Part shown: piece by piece, positions 37,801 through 50,744 of the stretch | Layout: each line of letters begins with the position of its first letter | How positions within the stretch are numbered: position 1 is the first letter of the stretch | NCBI RefSeq assembly: GCF_964204645.1 | Contig: NC_134026.1 | Location: 23,284,150-23,348,149, forward strand | Source: Tubulanus polymorphus | Lineage: Eukaryota; Animalia; Nemertea | Direction: 5' to 3' | DNA: 64,000 nt | Made by a program: the position numbers and the translations under genes | The notes under the pieces: model-generated | What the model was told of the DNA's origin: nothing | Database searches by the model: none | Seen by the model: the letters and a program-made list of their open reading frames with translations, nothing else

Positions 37801-40800
37801 TTTCATCGCTTATCTCACGAACCTGATAATTTCAGATAAACAAACCCAAAAAAAGCGATCAATTAGTTGGTGAGATATTTAATTGGATTATGAATGGATT
37901 AGATCTAGGTAAACCCATATAGATATTCAAGACAAGGGCAGTAGATTTGAATTTGGTAAGTGAACTACATGTATATTGATCAGAATTATAAATTTGTCAC
38001 AGTATTGAGTATTGACTGGGTTGGATAACATGTGACAGATGTATAGGGATTGATGTATGACACATATGGGTTGCATGTGGGACATGCACTGGTGACTACA
38101 ACTATAGATGAGTCCAAAACAGTGTAAACTCATCACAAATGGGTCCAGATTTTCGTATTTTAACTAAATATACCAACAATTGTGCAATGAGAAATGTAAA
38201 ACACAATTATTCTGTATTTACATTCTAAAAAGTCTGACTACATCATTTCGATGACACCTATATCGACACCTTCATAATGGACTATTCCAGATGTTCAAAT
38301 GATTTTTCTATAGTACTGTAGTACAATCAAACAAACACATGTTGCTCGAGCTCAGGGAATAACGGCATATTCTATACATATAGGCATCTCGACATACATT
38401 TCGCAATAAGTGGCACCAAATAACTTTCGACTACAATAAGAATATGTAAAATTGAGGAGAACTCATAAAGCTCGGCGTATTTGAAATTTTGTAAGATGAT
38501 GGCTAATAAATATCCCGACTACACAAAACCATGGAGACATTCAGATATATCTTTTCACGTCGAAGGAAAGATCGTACACGCGAATAAGACGATATTGTCG
38601 ATGTGGTCGCCGGTATTTGAAGCGATGTTCACGAACGATTTCAAAGAGAAACACGCATCTGAGATTAAACTACCAGGAAAGGATTACAATGATATACTGG
38701 AACTATTGCGAGTCATACACCCACCAAACAAGAAAATTGATGGTAAAATCAAATTTTTTTTTCATTACATATGTTCTTGTACAGTACTTGCTAGTTGAAA
38801 AATCCCTAAAATAAAGAGTTATGTATGAAATCATCTAAATGCAATAAATATGCAGCTAAAACCAAAAATAATTGAATGTTTTATCTAAGCAGGAGATATG
38901 CAGAAATAACATAATATTGAAATCATGCATGCGCTTCTTGAGCTGGCAGCTGCAAATTTAGATGCATTAACCATGTTAGTCATCACTATTGAACTTATTG
39001 GTACAATGAAATTATGCTTTAACTGAAGAGATTTATTGATAATGATGATGGATTGATTTTTCTGTTCATAAGCCCACCCGCTATAACAGATGTTCCGTAT
39101 TATTGCCTACATGTACATGGAAACCATTTCGGTTTCACATCTCAAGACATTTTAGCTGGCAGAGCATAATCACCAAAAACAATAATGAACCAGTATTCTG
39201 TTTCAACAGTCACCACAAACAGTCAACAGTAAAATATTTAATGACAACAGATGTTTGGGTAGCTTTCAATAAATTGATGTGTTATTAGTGAACCATATTG
39301 TTGACTCAGCTGAGCCAGCAGGAAAATGTAGATTACTAACACACGTTGAATATTTGTTATCGAGCCTGAGATGACAATAATTACGTTCGCCTTCATATTG
39401 AAGACCCATAAACATAACAGTTTAAGGTTAATATTTGACAACGCGTTGTCAATTTTTCCATTTGCAAAGTTGTGAAAAAACTACAAAAACTTCAACTCAG
39501 ATATGGACACCAATGTAATGGCGAACACTAATTCACATTCTAAATCAATAACGTTATCATATGAATTGTATTTTGTGGCTACTATTATGCACATGTGAGT
39601 AAAACACAGCTGCTAATATCAAACGCTTTTTTTCAGATATCTTATATCATTTTTGAAATTAGTGAAGTAACATTCTTATTTAGCTGATTTTATGTACAGT
39701 TTATGATACATATACTTTTAGATTGAGATATGTATATTTTCAGGGAATTCTGTCTATAAGTTACTACCACTGGCGAGGGAATACCAGATGTTTGTTTTAA
39801 CGGAAAACTGTGAAGAATATTTACTAACGCTGCCACCTAGCATGGAGCACTTGATCATAGCTGAGGAATACAACCTGCCAAAACTACTAGATAAATGTAT
39901 CAGTTTTGCATCGAATGTCAAACTGTGTGACCTAGAATCACGAACAGAATTCAAACAACTCGAACAAACGACGATGATCGAGTTGCTTCGACGTAAAATA
40001 CAAACTCTTGAAACGAAACAAAAGGCACTGAAAACTATCCATGAAATCGTCAGTGGCGACCGTCCTCACTGGAGATATGACTGCCTCGATGAGAGTCGCG
40101 GTGCACACAAACAACGCTCAGATATCTCGTGCGATGCCTGTTCATATTGGATGTGCGATGAAGTCCGAAAGAAATGTCGACAAATAATGGAGAATCTAAA
40201 CTAATCATTTATAGAAATTACTTAATCATTTTTAGTATTTACATTATTTATTTATGGAGTTTCAAACTATTTTCATTTATGCGGTGTATAATCAATAGGA
40301 AACTGGCATCTCACCAGATAGCCCGATAAAAAGTCATACTATATCAAAATAACTTCCACACACAAAAATATTTGTGGTTTGTCCAAATAGCTAAGGTAAG
40401 AAACCCTTTATATATAGGATTGTAACAAACGAGTAGTACAAACTAAGAACTTGATGTAACGACGACCCACTACAGTTGTAGCATAAATTTTAGTTAACCT
40501 TATTGATATTTATCATTGATTTATTCATAATACATGGAATGGTTTTGGGTTGAAGATATAGTTTATTTGTCAAAATTTTATTCAATAAAGCTTTAAAAAA
40601 CAAACACTTCCAAGTTTTCGCAAACAAATACCAGCATTAAGCAGGACGATTTATTACTTACAGGGACAAATCCTTGGACATCTTTGCTTAGTTTTACGAG
40701 TAGTCCTTGCTTTTTTATCTTGCCGCATACTTTCACACTGTTGAAGATCTTTCCTCGAGGATAATCTAAATGCGTATCAGACGTTTGTGGATTTGAACCA

Positions 40801-43369
40801 ATCAGATGAGGAAGCGTTGTCAAAACGACAGACTTTCTTGAAGGATGAACATACAGCACGCATGCAGTCACCTAATGTAATAGATGGATGGCATATGTCA
40901 GTACATTTTGGGAAAAGAAAAAAGATTTTAGGAAGAAATCCAAAAACGTATCTAAAAAAGAAATCATTACCTTTTGGTTTTTTTCATAGGATGAAACTTC
41001 TGATGCAAGATGTATCTGATGAATACTACATTTAAGCATATCTGAATATTTCACACTTATTCCATTTTCAGCAACCTGTACATATGATAGAAAAGCCAAA
41101 TAATTTAGGACCCTCCAATGAAGATATAACCAAGAAGCGCTATAAACTAAACATGGACATCAAGTCCTTAAGGAACTTACTTATCTTTATTTGTCCCATG
41201 ACAAGTGAAAAATATTTTGATTAGGGGCCCAGGGAAACCATACCCACTTGTTGAAATGCTTGATATTCTGATATTCTAATATTCAAAGACCTTGGGCTCA
41301 GTTCTATACAATGGTATCATCTTTAACCCACTGGTTAATTCAACTGAAAATGAATTGAGTTAGCCCCAGGTTTAAGTTAATACCAGTCAATGAAACTGGG
41401 CCCTGGTGAACAAAATTATTTAAATGAATGACCTTGAACGAACTACATTCATACATTGGTGTTCATACGACGACCAGCTTGTGTCATATCAACCAATTTT
41501 CCTTATGATGATGGGCCCTAGATTTCCCTTTAAAATGAAGATTTCAAAGAAGCGTAAAAAGTACAGATTTTGGTGAAAAACAATGACCATCAGTCAGCCA
41601 TCTTGAATCTGATTGGGCCAGTTTTTGGGCTGTAGATATTTCTAGGGTAGATACATCCACTCGCCAAAATAACTGGATTCTGTCAATGAAATGAGGATGA
41701 AAAGTGAATGTAATAACCTACTGGAACTCACAGGCGGATTAAAAATAGGATACATTTCTATCATCCATTCATGTTAGTAATACATACCGACTGGACAGTT
41801 GTTTGCAAAATCATTCCAGGCAATAAACTTGAGAACGGAATGGAAGTTGGTGTTCTAGCAGCTTCAACAACTTTAGGATCGACAACGACCTGAGTTACAC
41901 GTAATCGACCATCTTGTCTGTTCAGATCATCTTTGACCAGGCAGTTCAGGTATTCTCCAATAACCAAACCTTTTTCTGTACAATAATAAAACTTATTTAC
42001 AAAAAGCCGAGACAAATCTAGCACAAAATTAACCCATCCGAAGGGACCTACGATTTTTTTTGTTTTTAACATATTTCTCTGCAGCGTTTGTAGTTACAAA
42101 TGCCTGAATGCCCTTAATGCCAAGATCTACTATGTATCCATGATCCTCGATGCTCGATACAAAGCCACCGATTACCTGAAACAAAAAATTATTTTTTCAG
42201 GAGAAAATTTCATAAAACTGAAAACGAACTTGATTTCAGTCACTGTCATCCAAACGCATGAATAATGTGCCCCAGTGGCCCGAAAAAATGGCTAGGGCTG
42301 ACATCATAACCATGAAAATGAATTGTACCAAGATTATGCAACTGGAGTTAAGTTTTCAAACTCAATTATTACGAGGTAGGTTTTAGCTCCCAAAATGATG
42401 CAAAATTGTGTTAACAGTAACAAGCAACTAACCAAGAGAGCTAGTGACAAAATGGACTCTTAAACGAGTCACTGATAAATATTTGCTTTACCATTCCTTT
42501 CATTAGATCCGCAGCCGCTATCTGGTGGTTGACCTCTTTTGGATTCAGAGTAAGCTCAAACCATCGTTTGTTCTTCTTTTCTGTAATATCTTTAACCTTA
42601 CATCTCACAACTGTGCCTATTTCAAATAAATCTTGTAAACCACACACGTCCTAGGAAAAAGAATACAATAACATTGAGTTGGTTCAGAATTGATTTGTCG
42701 TCCAAAACATGTTCTACTGGGTTAGAGAACCAGTCTCGTTTTAGTAAGGAATAACATTTCAAAAACCATTTTGGCTACAATCTTAGGCCAATTCAATGAG
42801 TTTGTCTTTACACTAGGCCCAACTGTACGAAAATCAGATGCTATCTGTATAGTTCTCACCTGTTTGTCGGAATCATTTTGTGTCAATGACTGAAGGTTTT
42901 CCGTATACACATCACAAATATCAGTAATAGCAACACATCCGGTAACATTGTTAGATAAGCTCACGATCAGCTTCAAATCCTGGACGTCTTTCACCCGACC
43001 CAACAGTAACATATTCTGAGTGACAGCTGGTGAAACGAGCCGTTCTATAACTACGTGTTTGAACTCATCTTGTTCGTCATCTTGTTCTTCTAGTTTCGCC
43101 TTTTTACTTTTCTTGTCGTCTCTTTTGTTCAATTTTCTTTTCTTCGCAACTTTTTTATCAGATTCCTAAAATTAATTAATAAACTCTATTTCACATTGTT
43201 ATCAAGTTGAAGGAGGCTAGTATAGATTTATTTGATTAAAACTTACAGAAGTTTGATGAGCTTTGAATAAATCAGGTATATGCTTTTTTGTCGAAACTGT
43301 TGCATTCTCTTTTTCTCTTTTCAAAGATTTCTTCCCACCTCTTGGGAAATCTTCGATTATCTTAGACAT
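28808..43369 (-). CDS. PDCD11: rRNA biogenesis protein RRP5 / PDCD11 (S1 repeats plus C-terminal HAT/TPR), many exons, with an internal block duplication
   Basis: N-terminus [12 protein letters not shown]; multiple S1-like exons; C-terminal [46 protein letters not shown]|[16 protein letters not shown]...[14 protein letters not shown]...[17 protein letters not shown]. Confidence 0.95.
34217..34303 (-). other. U12-type (minor spliceosome) GT-AG intron in PDCD11, duplicate block B
   Basis: 5' splice site GTATCCTTTT; branch point GCCTTAAC about 13 nt upstream of the 3' end; phase-0 join SSDL|ILTTKKS. Confidence 0.85.
36250..36348 (-). other. U12-type (minor spliceosome) GT-AG intron in PDCD11, duplicate block A
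   Basis: 5' splice site GTATCCTTTT; branch-like GACTTTAAC about 10 nt upstream of the 3' end; phase-0 join HNII|TLTLKKS. Confidence 0.78.
38496..40204 (+). CDS. BTB/POZ-domain protein nested antisense in a PDCD11 intron (37823-40661); exons 38496-38742 and 39744-40204
   Basis: [40 protein letters not shown]...IHPPNKKID|[16 protein letters not shown]...CEEYL. The phase-1 GT-AG intron restores the frame. Cys/His-rich C-terminus. Confidence 0.9.
41291..41406. mobile_element. Short palindromic MITE in a PDCD11 intron, lying within a longer degenerate repeat (~41130-41750)
   Basis: Ends CTTGGGCTCAGTT ... AACTGGGCCCTGG, with internal TTAACC/GGTTAA symmetry. Confidence 0.4.
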
Positions 43370-43429
43370 CTCTTATCGTAAAGAAAATCATATATATTTA
43401 TACCAATGTACCGGATGTGGTTTGTGAAA

Positions 43430-43849
43430 GAAAGTGGATATTTTGCCAATATGGCATAATTTCAGTTAACGCTATTTTGCCAATAGCTATATACAATAAG
43501 ATATACCGGTACTAATAAAATATTACAATAAAATCATTATATTGGGTTTAGGGTTGGTTTCGATAGGGTTAGGGTGTAGAAGGTCCAAAGGGTTAGGTTT
43601 AGGATTAGAGTGAGATTTAGGGTCCGTTTTTACCCCTAGGGATAGGGTTGTGAGGCTATATCTAGTGAAAACTTAGAGGTGGTAAGCAGTGAGCTCAGTG
43701 TTCTAGTGGAAAGACGTTAGGCTAGCAATCTGCTGGTCCGGGTTCGAATCCCGCTCTATCCTCCTATAACTCTCGTCTCTCATCAGAACGCACCGTTGGC
43801 AAAATAGCGTTAACAGGAATAATACTGCATTGGCAAAATATCACCTGCC
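43430..43849 (+). mobile_element. Non-autonomous TIR (MULE-like) element with TTAGGG-like repeats and a tRNA-derived segment, copy 2 (complete)
   Basis: ~54-bp TIRs: GAAAGTGGATATTTTGCCAAT...GTTAACGCTATTTTGCCAA vs TTGGCAAAATAGCGTTAAC...ATTGGCAAAATATCACCTGCC. Flanks TTTGTGAAA / ATTGTGAAA (8 of 9 identical, candidate 9-bp TSD). A box and B box (GGTTCGAATCC) at 43691-43756. Confidence 0.8.
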
Positions 43850-44345
43850 ATTGTGAAAATATCTGATCGTAACTAAACCAGACGGTCACCGACAAACAAT
43901 AGTGTAAAAATTATCAACTAAACTTAACTGAACCAAGTTTAGCACAGAGCAGTTAATCATGCAATACGCCACTGCAGCGAATGTTTTTGACGGATATGAT
44001 GGATGATGATTGGTGCGAATAATAGCGTCAACTAAATTTTCGGTAAATAGTATGACCAACTAACAACAGTCAACCAGAGCAAAAACTATCCTCTAATTTT
44101 CCCCATTCGAAAATTATATGCCTTTGAGAAATGAATTATCTAAATCATGTATATGTCAGCGCGTTACCTTGTTTTACGGAAGGGTTACTGCAAATATAAA
44201 CAGATTACCGACAGCATAAAAACACGTGCGTATTCGGCATTTAGGACAGTATAGTGCTGCCACCTTCGTTCGAAGACATTCGATTGCTAGCGAGTGAGTG
44301 AGCAGAGTAAGCAGGGTTCGAACCCAGTTTGGATGATTGTTAATT

Positions 44346-44373
44346 GATTCCATGGTAACGTTTAAAGATGGCG
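44346..44373 (+). promoter_or_regulatory. Candidate RFX X-box plus YY1-type motif upstream of ENO4
   Basis: GATTCCATGGTAAC has one mismatch to GTTNCCATGGNAAC and is followed by AAGATGGCG. ENO4 is a flagellar/ciliated-cell gene. Confidence 0.55.
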
Positions 44374-44978
44374 ACCTCCTTGTAACTTTTGTTGGCCCTA
44401 ACTTAAAAATTCCAACACATGACGACCAATTTCCATCGTTGAACTTACCGATCAATATTCTAAACGAACCCAAATCATTGAAAGGTAGCTGTTGTTCTTT
44501 TAAAAAACCTGCAATTGAATTGAAGTTAACATAGGCCTAGACCAACAAGCTGAAAGCTGAATTAAATTGAATTGTAAATAAATTTTATTAATTGTTGGTT
44601 TGGTATTGGATGTTTTTCTTCATCCGCTCTTTTAAATTAAGACTTTTGAATTTAGTCTTTTTAGTTTGATATCTGTTTGTAGGGCCTAAGTATTTTGCTT
44701 TCCATGAAATAGAATTGAACTTGAAACTTGACACTTTTCCCGCTGCTGGCTGGCCTTTTTTATGTGTGTCCTGATGACTGGCTGACCAGCTGTCCTCTGC
44801 GGGAGACAGACCGGCTGGTAGGATAAATATTGATTCAGTTGTGGGGGTAGTTGAGGCAATGACTGCTCCAAGGGTTAGGCATACAAATTTTATGTAGTAA
44901 CGCATAGGCCTGTATGACCTACTAACTTCCAGACTGGGTAAAATTAGGACTCAATCCCTTTCTTTCAGAGTTCTCAAC

Positions 44979-47900
44979 ATGGATTCATTGAGAAAGATAC
45001 AAGATCCGAAAGAGCTTTTCATTCTGAAACAGAAAGCAGCAAAATATTACCAAGAAAATGCTGTACCATCAAAAATGGAAGAGATCCTAAATACCATGTT
45101 TTTTGATGACCCAGATGATGTGTTTGGCCATTTGGTAGGTGATGAATCTAATAAGCGTAGCTGGTGAATATAGTCAAACAAAGCTGACTAATAGGGCTTA
45201 TATTTATTCTATCTATTTTCAGACTAATTATTTTGAGAAATTTGCTAAGCCAGCTGTGATATCAAAAATCAGGGCAAGAGAAGTATTTGATAGTAGAGGA
45301 CAACCAGCTATAGAAACAGACTTATTTTGTACAATAAAGAATAATGAAAAGGTACACACAGGGATTTGCATGTATAGACTACCGGGTAGGCCTGAAGATT
45401 GACTGATATTTGTAATTAAGTAAAATATTTATTGCAGTTAGTCAACCGGAATATTGTTGGAAATGAATGCTATTTGATGGATAATGTCCCTGCAACTGAG
45501 AAAGATTCGGATGATTCAGCAAGATATTCATCCATCGTGGCTGCTTTGCAACTTTTGATGGGAGATGTTCAAGACAAAGTGAAAGGCTTAAGTCCACTTA
45601 ATCAAGATGAAATAGATGGAATTGCTTTGTAAGAAATACTTGATTAGATCTTGTTGTGAATAATAATTTGTATTTCTTTTTGATTTTGAAACTTTCCCAA
45701 TTCTAGGAATGTAATAGAAGAATTACGTATAAAGGACCAAGAGGAGAAAGCAGCAGAGAATGCTGAGGTAGCACAAGAAAGTCAGTCAGCAGTACCACCA
45801 GCTGCATCTCCAAGTGCTGGCAAAAAATCAGCTAAGTATGTGTTATTTTACGTCCATTGACAAGGATAGCTTTTCTTCTTATTTCTAATTCCTTTCAATA
45901 GGATAAAGCAGCATTTTGTCCTCTTTATTTGTAATGTTATAGGGTCCAAAAGAGGTGAGAATTTAAATGTTACAGCATATTTGTTTACAACGCATGTGCA
46001 TTTTAGTATCAAGGTTTGGGATTTACTAAGGATATGGTACCTATATTACACTTAAGTTATTTTTACATAGCTATGAAAATAACACATAGATAATCTACTA
46101 TTACATAAAAACTAAATGGCTCGTAATATGTGCATAATTTAATCGTAACCATTATTCCATTGCAGATATGAAATTCTAAATTGTTCATAGACGTTCATGG
46201 TTCAGGCAGATGTAAGGTATATTATCGTACATTGCTCTGATTTTCTTATGATGTTTTTTTAGGGGAAAGAAAGGTCCTCCAGTTGTGATAATCCCTGATG
46301 AGCCAAGAGAAAAGTTGTTTCCCGGATGTACTGCGGTGTGCGCCATTTCTCAGGCGGTTTGCAATGCTGCTGCCATTGTCAGTGATATTCCACTTTACCA
46401 GCACATATATAACCTCAAGTTCAAAGAAACGGTTAGCATTATTTTACATGGCAGGTACAATGTATACTCCCTAGTGTCTAATTTGGACCTTTTTCATTAT
46501 CATTCTTTTATTTGTAGCTAGCTGAATCAATAAAGCTCCCTTTACCAATGGTGACAATCATGCAAAGTGGTAAGGCTGCACCGGGCAAACAGAACTGTGT
46601 GAAAGAGTTTATGGTTATACCCAAACCAGATATGCCAGTTAAAGAGGTAATGTTTGAAAATTTTCAATCCTTTTAAACAGATTCCGTGGTATACTTGAAT
46701 CATGTCAATGTCTTTGTATTTCAGAGTATCAAAAATATATCAAATATCTATCAAACAGTTCTGAAAACTTTATATACGAAACTGGGGGTAAGTTTCACAG
46801 CTGAAAATCTTGCACTAAAGTCTTGCAAAGTGACTAATACATTCTCAGAAAATAGTTTGGCAAAATCCATACATGTGTGTAAATGCACTGCGCAAGCCCC
46901 AAACCATAATTGTACAATCTACTTATATCCTGATTTTTTGATAAAAGCATGAAAACAGTGGCTATAGAAAACAACATCAAACCATAATTTCACAGGTGAA
47001 CATTGTTGTATGTGTATAGGTGTCTGATGGTGACTTGCACGTTCTTTAAACTGTATCATGATTTTATACTTTCCATCTGCTTTCCATATTTTGTATGAAT
47101 TATGCTTTGTGTGTATTATGGTTTGTCATCAAGCCAAGGCTTGTTTACCTTGATGCTGTGTTTTTGACAAGCCGTATGTACGTACTCATACATGTTGATA
47201 CCATTAACTGCCACTCACATTTTTGTGTCTTTTTTGCATTTTAGGTCACCATAAAGAATGTTTCAGAATCAGGGGCTATTTGTCCACAGTTCGACCGACC
47301 AGAACAAGGTCTAGATGCAATACAGGAAGCTATCACCACTCTTGGTTTCACCCCAGGTGAAGACTTTCACATTGCAATCAATGCGGCAGGACACGAAATG
47401 TTTGATAGTGTAAGTACCAGTATTCTAATACATAAGAAGTAATAATTCTGTAAATCAATATACATTGCAATAAGGGTTTTAATCAGATTTTTTATAATCT
47501 ACTGCAGGAAAAGGGCAAATATGAAGTGGTGACTGGTATGCAAAAATTACCGGATGATATGCCCGACTTCTGGGCAGAATTACTGGGTCGGTATCAATCA
47601 ATTATAGCATTGATAGATCCTATTAGAAAGGAGGTAAGTAACAGACATTTTTAACCAGTTCATGCACACTTTGGTTTGACCCTCCGGTATGTTGTATATT
47701 TGAAATTTACTTTATTCCAGGATAAGGTGCAATGGATGGCAATTTGTGAGAGATTGTCTGAGCGCTGTTACATCATCAGTGATAACAAATGTCCTCGACC
47801 CGGATTATTGAAGGATAATGAACCTGTTGATGATTTCAAAACGAGCGCAGTTGTCATGAAAATGGAACAAATAACCTCTGTGTCTGATATCATCAATGCA

Positions 47901-48427
47901 TCAAAAACAATGGAATGTAAGTAATTCTTACAGCTTTCAGTTCACTTACGTCCATAAATTTAAACGTTTTCGAATTTTCATAATTGAAGGACTACTTAAT
48001 TTTTTCAGTTGCTTTCTCTTCTTGTATTTAAATGATTTAGTTTATTTCAGATAAAGAAAATCAGGTGATCATTTCCAGTAGTGTAGGGGATTCCAGTGAT
48101 TCATTCATTACAGATTTAGTAAGTTCTTGTAAAATCAATTGATATTCCTCATTTACATTGAATACTTTCAATGATAATATATGAACTCCTTTGACGTTTC
48201 AGGCAGTTGGCATACAAAGTAGATTTCTGAAAACTGGATCACCGTGTCGTGGAGAGCGCGTTGCCAAGTTGAATCGTTTACTACAAATTGGAGAACAATT
48301 AGAGGAACAAAACAAATTAGTGAAATGGGATGAGCACATTTTCCCAAAACTATCTCTTCCTCCTCCTCCAGAGACTCCCGAAGGTGAAGCAGATGCGAAC
48401 GCTGAACAAGATGCCAAGAAAAAATAG
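44979..48427 (+). CDS. ENO4: Enolase 4 (flagellar enolase-like protein), multi-exon
   Basis: N-terminal extension LKQKAAKYYQENAVPSKMEEILNTMFFDDPDDVFGHL, then ISKIRAREVFDSRGQPAIE, an inserted K/P-rich segment, and a C-terminal AVGIQSRFLKTGSPCRGERVAKLNRLLQIGEQL. Confidence 0.92.
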
Positions 48428-48798
48428 CTCATCTTTGGTGATTTAAAGAACTTTCTGTTTTTTTCATCAAAGTTTGATGTATGTGATGTCAGTGATGCGT
48501 AGCACTTTCAGAATGTATACAAACACCTTCAGATTACATAAAATTGTCTTTTTAACGTGATATTAAAAAGGATCAATAAATAAGACTTTCAAACCTAATC
48601 CGTCCAAATCGTTAAAATGCTATCACAAATTATTTTAAAATATCAAATATAATTCATTCAGCAGTTTATTATATAAATAAAATGTTATACATTATTTAAT
48701 TGTTGTTATGCTTTAGAGCAGGAGAAAATCAGGGAATATTCTTCACAATTCATCTTAAAAGTTGTCAAGAATGATACTAAGATACAAGGCAGTGATTA

Positions 48799-50547
48799 CT
48801 AGACAACTTTGTTCACTATCTTTCCAATCTCATCAATTTCACACTCAACTACATCACCTTTCTGAAAGATAGAATAATTCACTGTTATTTGACTGCTTAC
48901 AAAAATATAGAATATTGGAATTACAGACATGCGTGCTATACCTTTAAGAATTCAGGAGGATTTCGAAAAACTCCAACGCCAGGTGGTGTACCAGTTAAAA
49001 TTATGTCTCCAGGAGTTAGTGTAACAAATCTACGAAAAAATTCAATGAACATTTTGATCAGAAATACATGAAACAAGTAGGTTAGGAAAAAAAAGATGGT
49101 CAATTAATTATTCCCTTATTGTACATACTGTGAAACAAATGATACAAGTTTCTCTGTTTTAAAAACAAGTTGATTTGTGTTACTATCCTGTTTTGTAATT
49201 CCATTCACTCGACACCGCAAACCAATTTTATGTGGATCTGAAAATCGAGAAGCAGAAATTGAAGTAAATTTTTCTATAGGGAAGCGAATCAGATTTCCAG
49301 TGATGTAAATGATTACTAACCAGAAATGGAATCTTTGGTAACAACAGCTGGACCAAGAGGACAGAATGTGTCCATAGTTTTACCGACTAACCATTGTTTA
49401 CCATTTCTTTTCATTTGCCAGTCACGAGCGCTGACATCATGGGCTATAGTATAACCAAACACATGATCCATCGCATCTGTTTCCTGATGTACATGATAAA
49501 CAAACACAAGTGACATATTAACTAAAAAAAATCTTATGATGATTGTCCAAGAGACAGTCTATATAAAATCATTCTCTCTCTAACTAGAAAGGGTTTACCT
49601 TAATGTCTTTGCCTCCTTTTCCAATCACAATTGTCAATTCTACTTCCCAATCTAATTCCTGTAGAGGCGAAATATATACCGGGTAATCATAAATGACCTA
49701 ATTTTTCATATCAGGCTTGTAACAAAGTTATTGTTGCTTTGGAAAGGATGCTTGGTATCATTACCTGAGTGACCTTTGGATGAACAACATCATCATTTGG
49801 GCCAACTATGGAACTAGCAAACTTGCTGAATATGACAGGTTCAGTAGGAACTGGGAGGTTCTGTTCAGAGCAATGATCATGATAGTTCATACCAATACAT
49901 AACACTTTATCAGGTTTTGTTATTGGCGATGTAAGATTCACTTCTTCTGGTTTAAGTGTACATTTTCTTTCGGCCACTATCCTAAAACAAATTAGAACTC
50001 ATCTCTATATAACATCATTACAATTTTCCTAGTAGATACAGTCACAGGGGCTCGTATTAGATTTGTAGGTAATGTAAAAATGATAATCTTTTAATCCAAT
50101 GTATATAGGCCTAGTATATATAAAATAACATATATACTTTATACATTGGATTAACAGATTATCGTTTTTACATTACCTACAACTCTGATACGAGCCCCTG
50201 TAGATACAGTTACTTATCGAGTCAAATTACCTTTTGACTTTTTTAACAACATTGCCATCGCCCTCTTGCAAAAATTCAACCATACTATTCGGAATAGCAC
50301 TATCCGCATCATTCAAATCCACGATCTCCCCATTCTCTAACTGAACTCCGAGTTTGATGGTACTCTTCTTATCAGATGTATTCGGGGTGAATTGCACAAA
50401 CCTCATTTTACTATGTCTATGTCTATGAAGGCTTCTACAACTCCTAACAACAAAATTACACGAAAAAGTGGAAGGCTTTATCAATTTCAACGAAATAACT
50501 CGTGACAAAAGAAGAAGTTTGGACATTGAACTGATAACGCAGCACAT
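48799..50547 (-). CDS. FAHD2: Fumarylacetoacetate hydrolase domain-containing protein 2, with a mitochondrial-type presequence (alternative ATG at 50526)
   Basis: MRFVQF...[19 protein letters not shown]...PVIFSKF...[14 protein letters not shown]...[31 protein letters not shown]...[14 protein letters not shown]...[12 protein letters not shown]. Confidence 0.95.
50045..50200. mobile_element. Foldback MITE (~60-bp TIRs starting CAGGGG) in FAHD2 intron 1
   Basis: CAGGGGCTCGTATTAGATTTGTAGGTAATGTAAAAATGATAATCT... is mirrored by ...AGATTATCGTTTTTACATTACCTACAACTCTGATACGAGCCCCTG. Flanked by TAGATACAGTCA / TAGATACAGTTA. Confidence 0.85.
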
Positions 50548-50744
50548 GTACGTAACAGATTAGATGTACATATAAAACATGTACATGTACAAATCTGACA
50601 GCTCAGGCGCAACGACCTTGAGCTTAGGTTGTAAACAAAATAAATTGTGGAGCCAGTGTGGAGCACGTGGAAATGTGTCGATAAACCACATGAAACTAGA
50701 GAAAAACCCTTTATTTTGAATCCTTAACGCATTAGTGTGTTAAA

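Noticed and set aside
43540-43650. Telomere or interstitial telomere array
   Set aside because: Only scattered, degenerate TTAGGG units inside a dispersed element; there is no tandem array.
44174-44905. ORFs in the PDCD11/ENO4 intergenic region
   Set aside because: They overlap promoter and 5'UTR sequence, most have non-ATG starts, and none has a recognisable domain.
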